From a virus (Duplodnaviria > Caudoviricetes): a stretch of 64,000 nucleotides of DNA. Below are positions 1-10,006 of this stretch, in pieces (position 1 is the first letter of the stretch; each line of letters starts with the position of its first letter). The notes under the pieces were generated by a model. The model worked only from the letters and a program-made list of their open reading frames with translations. It searched no databases and was not told the origin of the DNA. The translations under genes were made by a program, and so were the position numbers. The stretch lies in IMG/VR virus record IMGVR_UViG_3300011947_000003, positions 1,487 through 65,486 of that record; one strand, given 5' to 3'.

Positions 1-79
1 AATCATCATCCCCAACATTGATTTGGGTATCATCATAGAAAAAATATGTGAAATTGGCTTTTGGATTAATTTTCATCAT
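1..79 (-). CDS. hypothetical protein, N-terminal part only (runs off window start)
   Basis: Hand translation MMKINPKANFTYFFYDDTQINVGDDD, open to position 1. Confidence 0.5.
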   Translation of the reverse strand, partial: MMKINPKANFTYFFYDDTQINVGDDD

Positions 80-222
80 AATTAATTCACCTTGTTTGGT
101 TAGAATAATGTTTATCAATTTCTTCAATCGATTCTTTTAATGATTTTGATTCGATAGTTACAAAGCCGCATACAGCTATATAATCATCATACATGACATC
201 ATCAAGCACATTTGTAATAGCT

Positions 223-720
223 TTACAAATCCCCGTTGAGAACTAAAATTGAATAACCGTATTCTTGAAATTTAATTTTCAGCAGTTTGAGTAATTGACT
301 AAAGGATGTGTAATCCCCAATGTCTGGATGATTATGATTGCATTTAAAAAACCCTATCATCTGACCACGATAGATCAAGGAATTAAAGATTTTTAATTCG
401 ACTTCATTTTTCACATCGTTCCAGTTCACACTAATTTCCACTTGTTGTGGTAATGCTTCCAATTCGATATCGAAGTATTCTAGAAAATTAGAAAATGAAT
501 CACGTTCATCACTACGTTTGGCTTGATCTTTCCAGATATACAACAATGCGTCTGTCATATCAGGGAGGGTTTCGATATGATTACCATTTAACCAGATAAT
601 ATGATCTGTATAAACACTTACCCCATCAATTTCATATGCAATTTTATTTTCAACTTTGATCAAATATCCAAGGTATGAATATTCCCCAGTATTACTATCA
701 TATTGTAGATCATGTTTCAA
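223..720 (-). CDS. hypothetical phage protein
   Basis: 165-aa ORF, overlaps the stop of the upstream gene by 4 nt. Confidence 0.6.
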   Translation of the reverse strand: MKHDLQYDSNTGEYSYLGYLIKVENKIAYEIDGVSVYTDHIIWLNGNHIETLPDMTDALLYIWKDQAKRSDERDSFSNFLEYFDIELEALPQQVEISVNWNDVKNEVELKIFNSLIYRGQMIGFFKCNHNHPDIGDYTSFSQLLKLLKIKFQEYGYSILVLNGDL

Positions 721-1337
721 TTTAGTTCCTCACGCATTTTCTTAACACGTTCAATTTCTTCTGGTGAATGTACGGTTCCGCCACTATTCATCGCTAGGTA
801 AAAATCCAGCACATCTTTTTTATACTGCATGTTATAAACATTGAAAGATAAACCTTTAAGGCTGCAAATTCGATATCCTGTACCATTAAAGAAATCTTTA
901 TCCACTCCCCCAAGTTCTTCATGAAAGATTTTGAATTCATCATTCATGAAACGTCTTACGGCTGTTAAACGCTGAAGTCCATCTATTACATAGAATCCAA
1001 CAATATCAGAATCATTCGCTCTACGACGCTGAAAATCGCTACAGTTGAACGTAATGGTTCGACCTGTATCACCAATACCGCCACGAATAAAATTCTCTAT
1101 ATACGCGATCTGTTGGGCTTCAGTCCATACATGGCCGCGCTGAAAGTCTGGATTCATGTTTAACCCGCCTTCATAAGTGCCATAACGTGTTATGATAGAA
1201 TCCACGTAATCAAAATCAACATCGACTGAATACGGACACATCGGAAGGGCATTAATCAATTTACCAATATCTTTAGTTCTCTTAATGTATTCGATACGTC
1301 GATCTTCTTCTATCTGTTGCTTTTCTTTATAGGTCAT
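717..1337 (-). CDS. DUF262 (ParB-like, GmrSD N-terminal type) domain protein
   Basis: Motifs LNMNPDFQRGHVW, VIDGLQRLTA and F..MNSGGT; start moved to the ATG of MTYKEK. Confidence 0.8.
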   Translation of the reverse strand: MTYKEKQQIEEDRRIEYIKRTKDIGKLINALPMCPYSVDVDFDYVDSIITRYGTYEGGLNMNPDFQRGHVWTEAQQIAYIENFIRGGIGDTGRTITFNCSDFQRRRANDSDIVGFYVIDGLQRLTAVRRFMNDEFKIFHEELGGVDKDFFNGTGYRICSLKGLSFNVYNMQYKKDVLDFYLAMNSGGTVHSPEEIERVKKMREELN

Positions 1338-1347
1338 AACAATGTCC

Positions 1348-1596
1348 TTAAAAATCGATTGAATTCCAGCCAACATAAAATTCTTTTAGGATCGGCCGAC
1401 TGGATTGGATATCTAAACGATTAATATTAAATTCACCAAATTCTTCAATCAATTTAGTTTTGATGACTTCCATTGCTGAATCTTCAGTATCATCGATAAC
1501 ATGAAGATCAATCTGATCCTTATATTCGAACGTGATATCACTATGTGTTTTTGATTTCAGGCCGTAAATATCATAAGTGCCGCTAATTAGGTACAT
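1348..1596 (-). CDS. hypothetical protein
   Basis: 82-aa ORF in a tight minus-strand run. Confidence 0.55.
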   Translation of the reverse strand: MYLISGTYDIYGLKSKTHSDITFEYKDQIDLHVIDDTEDSAMEVIKTKLIEEFGEFNINRLDIQSSRPILKEFYVGWNSIDF

Positions 1597-1607
1597 GTCA
1601 TATTCCC

Positions 1608-1958
1608 TTAGAAAATAGTTTGTAAATGATTAAAAATATACTCTGGCATTTCTTCATACCAGCCATCACAGATATTACCGATACCTTTTCCATTTTTATA
1701 CATATGGATATTCAGGTATGTTGAATTTGTCTTTTCTTGATGCTTGATCAATTCATACAAAGTCATTGATGGTTGATCACGCAATTCAACAGTGTATTCA
1801 GGTTTATTTTCAAAAAATGATAGCAATTCGCGATATGCGTAATATGTACCTTTAATACATTCAGTCACGGCAAGGATTTCGCGATGACGTTCAATAAGAG
1901 GATTTGAAGCTAATTGTGAATATAAACGATTAGCTTCAATTTGATGATGATTTTTCAT
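1608..1958 (-). CDS. hypothetical protein
   Basis: 116-aa ORF with a GGA-containing RBS. Confidence 0.6.
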   Translation of the reverse strand: MKNHHQIEANRLYSQLASNPLIERHREILAVTECIKGTYYAYRELLSFFENKPEYTVELRDQPSMTLYELIKHQEKTNSTYLNIHMYKNGKGIGNICDGWYEEMPEYIFNHLQTIF

Positions 1959-2105
1959 AACATCTATTCCAAAGAAATATCAGATGTTATAATTCTAGCA
2001 TGTATATACAAACAAATCAAATATGATCAATTTTGCTTACAAGGAAAATGTATAGCATTATCGACTGGATGTTTAAATGATTTTAAGTAATCACCAACTA
2101 TTGTT

Positions 2106-2546
2106 TTACCACACATCGAATTTTTCCATTTTTAATAAATTTTCAAATTGCTGGCTGAATGATTCATCATCAATTAAATTCAGCCGAAATGATTCAAAAT
2201 CTTCTATACACTGATTAATTGCCAAGTCAAAAGCTTCTTTATACTGATCAGACCGAACTTCAAAATCCACATTTCGAATAAGTGGAACTGATGTTCCTTG
2301 TGGTGTCAATGTATAACGAATATCCAACCAAGTTCTGGCACGTTTATAACCCACAATATTAACAACAATCAAATTTTCGATGTCGTTTTGAGTTAACCCA
2401 TTATAAATCAGGGAATATAGTTCATTTAATTTATAGCGAATATAATCATCCATTATATAGTGATATGGAGTATCAAATCGCATAATATAGTCACCAATCA
2501 CTATATCGAATTGGTGATTATTAATACCAATAATTCTTATAGACAT
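2106..2546 (-). CDS. hypothetical protein
   Basis: 146-aa ORF. Confidence 0.6.
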   Translation of the reverse strand: MSIRIIGINNHQFDIVIGDYIMRFDTPYHYIMDDYIRYKLNELYSLIYNGLTQNDIENLIVVNIVGYKRARTWLDIRYTLTPQGTSVPLIRNVDFEVRSDQYKEAFDLAINQCIEDFESFRLNLIDDESFSQQFENLLKMEKFDVW

Positions 2547-2560
2547 GTATGTAATTCACT

Positions 2561-3268
2561 CTAGGTTAGTATATGATTTGGGTGTTCATCTATATATTTT
2601 TCAATTTTTTCAAAATATAATTTCTGCCCTTGTAAAGATTTCATATCGAAATTTTTAACCAGAGTGCGAATATAAAAATCAAATTCAGCTAAATTTGTCG
2701 TATGAATACGCTTCATAAACATGGGATTATACAAAGAATCAATTTTCAAAGTCTTAATGAAATACTGATGTAGTATTATTGCTTCTCCTTCTGGAACAAA
2801 TTTATTACATTCAGGTTTATCAACACTAGGTGTTTTAAACACACCATACTCTTTATAAAGATTATAATCCCAATGCATCAACGGGGTTAGTTTAATATCT
2901 TTTATTTCTACTCTCACCTGATCATCCAACTTTATATTTTTCAACTGTTTATATTGGTGAGATGTTATTTCTTTTTCATTTAAATAATAGCTATATACTT
3001 TAAAATGTGATTCTGTAGAAATATATAAATCATTAAACATATCAATTTTTTGACAATGAACTGGTGTAATATTTTTATCTTCTATTATAAAAATATTATA
3101 TTCAACATTATCATAATACACACGCAATACAGGAATTTCATCTTTATTCCATTGTGTAAGTATATTAGCTGGATGCATCACATGTTTTAAATTATATAGA
3201 GCTATAGAGGAAACCATTTCAGGAAGATCAAGATGTACTACATCAGTTAACGAATCATTATTCATCAT
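2561..3268 (-). CDS. hypothetical protein (possible tandem paralogue 1)
   Basis: 235-aa ORF, translationally coupled with its neighbours. Confidence 0.6.
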   Translation of the reverse strand: MMNNDSLTDVVHLDLPEMVSSIALYNLKHVMHPANILTQWNKDEIPVLRVYYDNVEYNIFIIEDKNITPVHCQKIDMFNDLYISTESHFKVYSYYLNEKEITSHQYKQLKNIKLDDQVRVEIKDIKLTPLMHWDYNLYKEYGVFKTPSVDKPECNKFVPEGEAIILHQYFIKTLKIDSLYNPMFMKRIHTTNLAEFDFYIRTLVKNFDMKSLQGQKLYFEKIEKYIDEHPNHILT

Positions 3269-4004
3269 TTTTTAAACCATCCTTTATATTCTTTAGGGTG
3301 TTATAATCACATGCTTGTAGAAGAACATTCAATTCTTTAGCCATAGTATCCCATTCACGTTGATAGGGAGCATCACTAAAATACTTTATTGTATGTTCCA
3401 ATTTATTCATATATTTTTCAAATATACGTACATCATTTAAATATAACCAATTATCGAGTATAGTGGCTTCAATCAATGTATTAAACGATGACCTATATTT
3501 AATCGTTACATTTTTGCCATCATTTACAAAGTGATTGATGTATTGAGTGATATCAACCTTATACATATAATCATAAAGATCAGAAGTTTGAAGTTCATGC
3601 TTTAATGGTGTGAAATCTGTATAGTTAATAATTACCAATTCCGAATCAGTGATATTTTTATGTTCCATCAATCCCATAATTGATTCAGATGTTTCAAAAT
3701 TATATGAACATTCCGGCATAACTTTAAATGCCATCAATCTAAAATCGGCATTTTTAATAAATTCAATGTCGCTACTAGATACCACTGTCGCCAGACTCTT
3801 ACTACCGATGTAAATCCGTTGAGAAATGTCGATAGGATGGCTGGTGAAGTTCTTAATATACATATACTCTGTACCATCGAAGGACAGAAAAGCAATGAAT
3901 ACTTTTACATTCGATGAACCAGTGATATCTAATCTACTCGAAGTGCGAAAACGTGATTCGAAGTGTTTAGCAATAGCTACATTATAACTCATTCTTTTTC
4001 TCAA
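3258..4004 (-). CDS. hypothetical protein (possible tandem paralogue 2)
   Basis: 248-aa ORF. Confidence 0.6.
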   Translation of the reverse strand: MRKRMSYNVAIAKHFESRFRTSSRLDITGSSNVKVFIAFLSFDGTEYMYIKNFTSHPIDISQRIYIGSKSLATVVSSSDIEFIKNADFRLMAFKVMPECSYNFETSESIMGLMEHKNITDSELVIINYTDFTPLKHELQTSDLYDYMYKVDITQYINHFVNDGKNVTIKYRSSFNTLIEATILDNWLYLNDVRIFEKYMNKLEHTIKYFSDAPYQREWDTMAKELNVLLQACDYNTLKNIKDGLKNDE

Positions 4005-4761
4005 CTAATTCATTAAGGGTATTCAGGACTACTTTTGACTTTTCCAAATCCAGACCTTCCAGTAATGTAGCAAGCTGTAATTTGATATCTTTTTGTGTGT
4101 CAAGCAAAGCATACTTGTAATCATTATCTCCAAAACGCTGATGTGATTTTTCTAAACGTGCCAAACATAAGATCACGAAATTGGGTTCTGAACAATATAT
4201 CTTACCATCAGATAATTTCGCTTGTTGAATAGTATTTCCACCAATACCGCTATTAACATAGTCATGATATTCAATAATTACATCTTCCGCCTTACCTTTG
4301 AATTGGTTAAGGTGATGTTCAGGAATATCAAACATATGTAAGTAATCAGGATCATCAGAAAGATAATCAGAATCCAATTTAATATTATTGAATGTTGGTT
4401 TCACATTTGATGACAGGTTTAATTTAGGTAAAAATGAATTTCCGAAAGGTTTGGTAGATTCATAAAATGAAATTTCAGTTTTTTCATTGATGATATTAAA
4501 TGGATCAATGAACGCAACAACCTTTTGGTTCATATACAACGTATCTTCAACACCCTCATTCTTGAATTGAACTGGATGTATTGTTGAATTAGCAACCAAT
4601 GTATACATTTCACCATTAAATTCAATTCGGCAGACTGAAAGACGGGAATGATCATCAAAGAAAAATTTCCGACCTTTAGTTGCCATAAAATGCTTATACC
4701 ATCTATATAATGCTTTACTGTAATCCATATGTATATCTTCTATAAAGAATATTTGCATCAA
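3982..4761 (-). CDS. hypothetical protein (possible tandem paralogue 3)
   Basis: 259-aa ORF. Confidence 0.6.
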   Translation of the reverse strand: MMQIFFIEDIHMDYSKALYRWYKHFMATKGRKFFFDDHSRLSVCRIEFNGEMYTLVANSTIHPVQFKNEGVEDTLYMNQKVVAFIDPFNIINEKTEISFYESTKPFGNSFLPKLNLSSNVKPTFNNIKLDSDYLSDDPDYLHMFDIPEHHLNQFKGKAEDVIIEYHDYVNSGIGGNTIQQAKLSDGKIYCSEPNFVILCLARLEKSHQRFGDNDYKYALLDTQKDIKLQLATLLEGLDLEKSKVVLNTLNELVEKKNEL

Positions 4762-4944
4762 TCATATAGTGTTATAATACAAATTACAACATATATAATT
4801 ATATTTGATATATAAATTATTAACATAATATTTTATTGATGCTATAAGCATCAATAATAATGTTGGCAAAGCCAACATTAAGAATAATTATTATATATAA
4901 GTTATTGAATGGATTAATTATTTTTATTATTCATTATAAATGAA

Positions 4945-4972
4945 ATTATATAATCTTATTTTTATGTGTCAA
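4945..4972 (-). promoter_or_regulatory. sigma70-type early promoter
   Basis: Minus strand TTGACA-16 nt-TATAAT in an AT-rich intergenic region. Confidence 0.6.
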
Positions 4973-5144
4973 GAATTATCGTGTATACACACTTGATTAT
5001 ATTAACAATATTCTATAACGCTCTATAATCGCGTATAAGACATTTAAAGATTTTGTGCTACCTATGTACCAGATTTGATGAAAACGCTTGAAACACGTTA
5101 AATGTGGCTTAAATTCGATGGGTTTTGATGAGTGATCTAGATAT

Positions 5145-5167
5145 AAAAAGGAAGTCATAAGACTTCC
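5145..5167 (-). terminator. intrinsic terminator
   Basis: GGAAGTC-ATAA-GACTTCC stem with a U-tract on the minus strand, just after 5174. Confidence 0.65.
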
Positions 5168-5173
5168 AGTTTA

Positions 5174-5548
5174 TCAATTGAACATAAAAACAAATGTGTG
5201 ATACAGGATCAACAAATGCAATAATTGATCAAATCCTATAGTGGGGAAAAATCCATTCATAGGGAGATCATCTGCTTTCCACATTTGCTTCCTGATGATG
5301 GTTGTAATGACATCTACCGCATAGTGTAGGATGGTATTTAGTATGATATAGTATTGGATCAAGTTAGTATCATATAACTTATAAGTAGCTGCATAAAAAA
5401 TCATTCCAAAAATCAAACCATATATTATTGAATGTAATGACATCCATAGTAAGGATTCATTTTTATGTTTTAAAAACTGATTTTGAAATAAAAAATCAGC
5501 CATGAAATGACCAATTAAAATAGCATTTAGTAAGTAAATCGTAATCAT
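5174..5548 (-). CDS. DUF3307-like membrane protein
   Basis: GHFMADFLFQ, LHSIIY, LHYAVD and GFDQLLH motifs with hydrophobic segments. Confidence 0.7.
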   Translation of the reverse strand: MITIYLLNAILIGHFMADFLFQNQFLKHKNESLLWMSLHSIIYGLIFGMIFYAATYKLYDTNLIQYYIILNTILHYAVDVITTIIRKQMWKADDLPMNGFFPTIGFDQLLHLLILYHTFVFMFN

Positions 5549-5675
5549 CTTTTTATTAAAATCCTTTATTGCAAAATATATTGATATGTATTTATCCGGC
5601 TTGTTTATAACTCGATAATATAAATACACTTTTAAAAATTTTAAATACTATAAAGATAAACAAGGATATTTGCAA

Positions 5676-6263
5676 ATGAAGTTCCAAGAATTTTTAAATG
5701 AAAAGTTTATCAACACATTTGTTGATGATAAAGAAACCCGTGATAAGTATAAAGAAGAAGTATACAACCTTATTCAATCTGCATACAAAGATATTGGCGG
5801 TTTTAAAGGTTCAGGCTTCAATTCACCTGATGATCTTGTTAAGAATATTGATATGTGGAAACTAAAGGTTCGGGATGGAAAGGTTATTGCTGGAAAGATG
5901 TATAAAGATCGATCTGGACGTAAGGGTGTATGTAGTTTTACCAATGGAACACAAGATGGGAAAAACGCATTAAAAGAAATGATTTTGGCTGATGCGACTC
6001 GATCTTATGGCGAAGTATCATCTAAAATGCTTTGGTTTATTGTTAAAACATATGGAATTAAGTTTGTTAAACAACATGCTATTCCGGTAGATAAAGTTAA
6101 AGAATTACTTCCTGATGATGGTATTAACACCGATCACATCGATAAAAAATATTTAACCGACTATCCAGAATTAAAAGACTACTTCTATGCCCGTGAACTT
6201 GGCGGAAAGCAAGAAACCAAAATCGCTTTTGGTACTCCAAATAAAACCATTAAGAAAAAGTGA
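5676..6263 (+). CDS. late protein with capsid-targeting-like N-terminus (putative internal head protein)
   Basis: Starts MKFQEFLNE; TAAATA late-promoter box at about 5642. Confidence 0.6.
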   Translation: MKFQEFLNEKFINTFVDDKETRDKYKEEVYNLIQSAYKDIGGFKGSGFNSPDDLVKNIDMWKLKVRDGKVIAGKMYKDRSGRKGVCSFTNGTQDGKNALKEMILADATRSYGEVSSKMLWFIVKTYGIKFVKQHAIPVDKVKELLPDDGINTDHIDKKYLTDYPELKDYFYARELGGKQETKIAFGTPNKTIKKK

Positions 6264-6271
6264 GTCGAAAC

Positions 6272-6442
6272 TCACTTATCCAAACAATCATATTCGCTGA
6301 TAATGATGTAATACTCGTCATTATCAGCATATTGTTCCTTATACTGTTCAGCCACTTCTTTATCCGTGGTATATCCGATTGCTTTTATAAAATCCCCGCA
6401 TACACCAGCTTCATATAAATCTACCACGTAAATTTTAGGCAT
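6272..6442 (-). CDS. small hypothetical protein
   Basis: MPKIYVVDLYEAG with an AAGGA RBS. Confidence 0.55.
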   Translation of the reverse strand: MPKIYVVDLYEAGVCGDFIKAIGYTTDKEVAEQYKEQYADNDEYYIIISEYDCLDK

Positions 6443-6543
6443 TTTTATTTCCTTCACATTAGATTGTGTCAGTATAAGGTTAATTTGAATTAATTTCAAA
6501 TATGTTATATACTCAAATAGTAAATTAATATTGAGTAAAAAGA

Positions 6544-7095
6544 ATGTCGAACACAACGAATATAATTTTCTTTCACGGATTCGGTTCCAATAACCAAACT
6601 GACAAGTTCACAGCCATCAAACATTCGCATAAGCAATGTACTACTGTTGATTATGTTGCAGTTGGAATAGATGGTGTGTGTGATTTATATGAAGATATGA
6701 TTTTAAACTCACTTAGAAAATACGATCAAACTATTTTGGTTGGTCATTCGTTTGGCGGATATTTTGCTAATATGTTCGCTGTAAAATACTCCCTTCGTGC
6801 CTTACTCATTGCACCATGTATGCGGCCAAATGTATACATTAAAGATCGTATGCCTGAAGTTAATGAATACAACTTTATATGGGAAACAAATTATTCCAAC
6901 GATATCGTTATTTTAATTGAGAATGATGATGAAAATTTTGATATTGAAACAGATGTTTCATTGCTGAAAAATGCACCATCTGAATTTTTAAAAGTATATC
7001 GTTTCAATGGTGGTCATCACCGCATTTGTCGTGAAGACGTGATTAATCAAGAATTGGATGAATTAATGGAAAAACCGATGGGTTTTGAAGGTTAA
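6544..7095 (+). CDS. YqiA/YcfP-like alpha/beta hydrolase (esterase)
   Basis: FFHGFGS, nucleophile elbow GHSFGG, late GGHH. Confidence 0.8.
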   Translation: MSNTTNIIFFHGFGSNNQTDKFTAIKHSHKQCTTVDYVAVGIDGVCDLYEDMILNSLRKYDQTILVGHSFGGYFANMFAVKYSLRALLIAPCMRPNVYIKDRMPEVNEYNFIWETNYSNDIVILIENDDENFDIETDVSLLKNAPSEFLKVYRFNGGHHRICREDVINQELDELMEKPMGFEG

Positions 7096-7141
7096 TAACA
7101 TCAATATATAAAATGACTTTTTCTAATTTGAGTAATCGTAT

Positions 7142-7648
7142 ATGGCTAAAAAAATTAAAACCCAACCCCTTAAAATTGGAATTGATACGCATGTTAGAGT
7201 GCGACTTACTGAATTCGGATGGTCTATATATGAAGATTATTTTTCTACAAATCATCGGCCAAAAATTGTGAATGGGTATTTAACTATGCCCTTAGCAACT
7301 TTAATGAATATATTTGGTACACTACTATGTACTTTACCTTATGATGTTAGAACTTCCGTTTTTGTAGATGATGAAATCATATACGATATCCCAAATTTGT
7401 TGGTGTGTGGATTAGCGTATCAAGTTGAAAAAGATTCAATCAAACAACACCAAAAATGGCTTGAAAAGCAGAGTAAAAAAATGCGTGGTTTTAAAGCTGG
7501 TGATAAAGTTGTAAAAACTGTAGGGTCTGATGAGAATATATATACATACAATAGTTTAATTCCCCATATGGGTAGTGAAGCTCATGAAATTATATCTGAT
7601 AGTGGCCTAATTCAAATTGTTGATTTTCTTGAATTGGATTATGCATAA
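7142..7648 (+). CDS. hypothetical protein
   Basis: 168-aa ORF containing VRVRLTEFG. Confidence 0.6.
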   Translation: MAKKIKTQPLKIGIDTHVRVRLTEFGWSIYEDYFSTNHRPKIVNGYLTMPLATLMNIFGTLLCTLPYDVRTSVFVDDEIIYDIPNLLVCGLAYQVEKDSIKQHQKWLEKQSKKMRGFKAGDKVVKTVGSDENIYTYNSLIPHMGSEAHEIISDSGLIQIVDFLELDYA

Positions 7649-7712
7649 TACTTTATATTATCAGACATTCCTGAATGCATAAATACTTTCATTATGTTTT
7701 CAGGATTTTTAA

Positions 7713-8171
7713 ATGTCAAAAGATTACAAGATAGTTGATAAAGCCGAATTAAAAAATGTATTAATCGAAAACATGGATGATATTAAAATTCATGTGAGTA
7801 GATATTATAATAATGATCGTTATGAACAAACTTTTAAGTATTTACAAGACCGTTTTGGCATATATACAGATAATAAAAGTGGTGCTTATTGGCTGCTATT
7901 TCGAAACGGTATTTTTAGCGAAACAACATCAAAATTCTTATTATTTATAATTTATAATATTCTAGCCAGTTTAGTATCAGGTTTAATGTTATTTTTTTAT
8001 GATGACTTGGGATCAGTAACATTCTCTAGTTTAGATGCACCACAATCAAAGTTAGTGATTGACTATAGTTTATTAATGTATCGTGATCTTCATATATTGG
8101 CATTGGTTGTATTACTATTCCTAAATCCATTTGATAAACAAAATTTCTTCAAAGTAAGGAAGGGGAAATAA
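7713..8171 (+). CDS. two-TM membrane protein (expanded paralogue family)
   Basis: Soluble N-terminus, two hydrophobic helices, ends DKQNFFKVRK. Confidence 0.6.
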   Translation: MSKDYKIVDKAELKNVLIENMDDIKIHVSRYYNNDRYEQTFKYLQDRFGIYTDNKSGAYWLLFRNGIFSETTSKFLLFIIYNILASLVSGLMLFFYDDLGSVTFSSLDAPQSKLVIDYSLLMYRDLHILALVVLLFLNPFDKQNFFKVRKGK

Positions 8172-8172
8172 C

Positions 8173-8496
8173 ATGAGTGATGAAGTCGATAAGGGATCAA
8201 TATCTGATGGATATCATACATTCAATGAATTATACTATCACCGCATGATGTTGTTCAGTGTTATATGTAATACTTATTCATCATTGGCTTGGAAATCAAA
8301 GCTACATGCTGATGGAACCATGTTTGATGATTACTTTATTGTTGGGATTTTAACACCCAAGGGGCAATATACATACCATTATGAATTAAAATACTGGGAT
8401 TTATTTGACGTTGATGAACTCGAAAAAGCCCCTGAATGGGATGGTCATCAACCAAAAGATGTGATTAGATTATTATCATTATTACAAACAACATAA
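8173..8496 (+). CDS. conserved phage hypothetical protein
   Basis: SDGYHTFNELYYHR...WKSKLHADG...APEWDGH, a motif set seen widely in phages. Confidence 0.7.
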   Translation: MSDEVDKGSISDGYHTFNELYYHRMMLFSVICNTYSSLAWKSKLHADGTMFDDYFIVGILTPKGQYTYHYELKYWDLFDVDELEKAPEWDGHQPKDVIRLLSLLQTT

Positions 8497-8516
8497 AAGC
8501 GCCTTCAGGCGCTTTT
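8495..8516. terminator. bidirectional intrinsic terminator
   Basis: AAAAGCGCC-TTCA-GGCGCTTTT between convergent genes. Confidence 0.8.
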
Positions 8517-8517
8517 A

Positions 8518-9015
8518 TTAATCATCATAAATGAAAAGCCGAATAAAAAATGTTATTGGAATTAACCATAGATATGTTTCGATATAATCAACTTCATATG
8601 ATGCTGCTAGTGATACCAATAAAGATATAACACCAAATATTATATATAATACTAACCACACGGCAAAAAATTCGTATATATCTTGTTTAAATTTATCGTC
8701 AAGTATCTTTTTTTCAAGAGGTAGTATTTTATTCTTTTTAAATATCTTTACTATTTTTTCTGTTGGTTCGATAGTGATTTGGTTGTTGGTAATTTTCTGA
8801 ATTGAAGATATAACTGATTCCATATTATTATTAATATCACCAGCAGCTATTAATTTCTTTATTTCATGCATATTCTTTATTAAGTATGCAATATGAGTTT
8901 GTTCAATCATATCATGTTTCAAATGGATTGATTCAATTTTTTGGGTGTGTTCTGAAAGTGAATTATTATTCAATATATCTTCATGTAAATTCTTCATATT
9001 ATACCTAATAACCAT
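8518..9015 (-). CDS. two-TM membrane protein (paralogue family)
   Basis: Aligns by eye with 9355..9807; two C-terminal TM helices. Confidence 0.6.
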   Translation of the reverse strand: MVIRYNMKNLHEDILNNNSLSEHTQKIESIHLKHDMIEQTHIAYLIKNMHEIKKLIAAGDINNNMESVISSIQKITNNQITIEPTEKIVKIFKKNKILPLEKKILDDKFKQDIYEFFAVWLVLYIIFGVISLLVSLAASYEVDYIETYLWLIPITFFIRLFIYDD

Positions 9016-9087
9016 ATTGGTTAAAATTGCTTTAAAGATAATTATCTCGATAAGAAAGCCCTTATTATATAAGGGCCTTATTTGGAA

Positions 9088-9285
9088 TTAAAACTTTTGA
9101 GTAGCTTTTGCCTTATTCAAGGCACGAATCGTTTCACTACGTTTCACACGGGCCTGTGAATACTTCATAGAAACATCTTTCAGATATTCAGTTTTACCAC
9201 CAGTACCTTTACTAACACCACGTACTTTTTTAAGTTCTTCAACCTTTGCTTTAGCTTTATTAGCAGCCATGATTTTCATCTCCAT
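9088..9285 (-). CDS. small basic (K/R-rich) protein
   Basis: 65-aa ORF directly behind a perfect sigma70 promoter. Confidence 0.6.
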   Translation of the reverse strand: MEMKIMAANKAKAKVEELKKVRGVSKGTGGKTEYLKDVSMKYSQARVKRSETIRALNKAKATQKF

Positions 9286-9310
9286 TGTAAAACTGTTAAA
9301 ATATGTAAGA

Positions 9311-9339
9311 ATTATATATGTTCATATTTGAATTGTCAA
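9311..9339 (-). promoter_or_regulatory. consensus sigma70 promoter
   Basis: TTGACA-17 nt-TATAAT on the minus strand. Confidence 0.8.
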
Positions 9340-9354
9340 ACTACTTAACCAATT

Positions 9355-9807
9355 TTATGATGGTTTTAATTTGACATATAAAAGTGAAAGTAAACTTAAT
9401 ATTATAGATGCACCTATTTTTAAACCAGATGAAAAATCCTGAAGTATGATTACAGCAAATGCATTCACAACTATATACCAAAAAATATAATTAATGATAA
9501 ATGCGGTAATAAATTTTAAAAATCCTGATTGTAGAACTTTCCATATACTCGGTTCAAAGTGATCAGAAATAAAATCCCTAACTGCATCCGTCATTATAAT
9601 ATTAATATCACATGTATCATTAATAAACTTCACAATATCTTCTGAATTGGAAGATAGAGTTCCACTATTTACAAGTTTATTGATTTCGGGCATATTTTTC
9701 TGTAAAAATGCGATAACCATTTCCTGTTCTTCTCGCATTTTGTTTTCTTTTTCAAGTAGACGTTCAGTATACTTTTTAATACCTTCATTTTCTAATAAAT
9801 CTTTCAT
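9355..9807 (-). CDS. two-TM membrane protein (paralogue family)
   Basis: IAFLQKNMPEINKLV matches IAYLIKNMHEIKKLI of 8518..9015. Confidence 0.6.
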   Translation of the reverse strand: MKDLLENEGIKKYTERLLEKENKMREEQEMVIAFLQKNMPEINKLVNSGTLSSNSEDIVKFINDTCDINIIMTDAVRDFISDHFEPSIWKVLQSGFLKFITAFIINYIFWYIVVNAFAVIILQDFSSGLKIGASIILSLLSLLYVKLKPS

Positions 9808-9808
9808 A

Positions 9809-10006
9809 TCATTTATCTTCTTTAATAAAGAACATGGTCATAGACACAAGGAGTATCACCCAATGAAACATAATATGTGGTACTGATATTGGATCAAACT
9901 CGACAAATGAAACCGCAATATAATAAACTATAATGAATGTAAATTTATGCATATGTGCATTTATAGCTGAACCAATAATGGAATATATATTTTCGATACT
10001 ATTCAT
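9809..10006 (-). CDS. small membrane protein
   Basis: 65 aa, two hydrophobic segments. Confidence 0.5.
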   Translation of the reverse strand: MNSIENIYSIIGSAINAHMHKFTFIIVYYIAVSFVEFDPISVPHIMFHWVILLVSMTMFFIKEDK

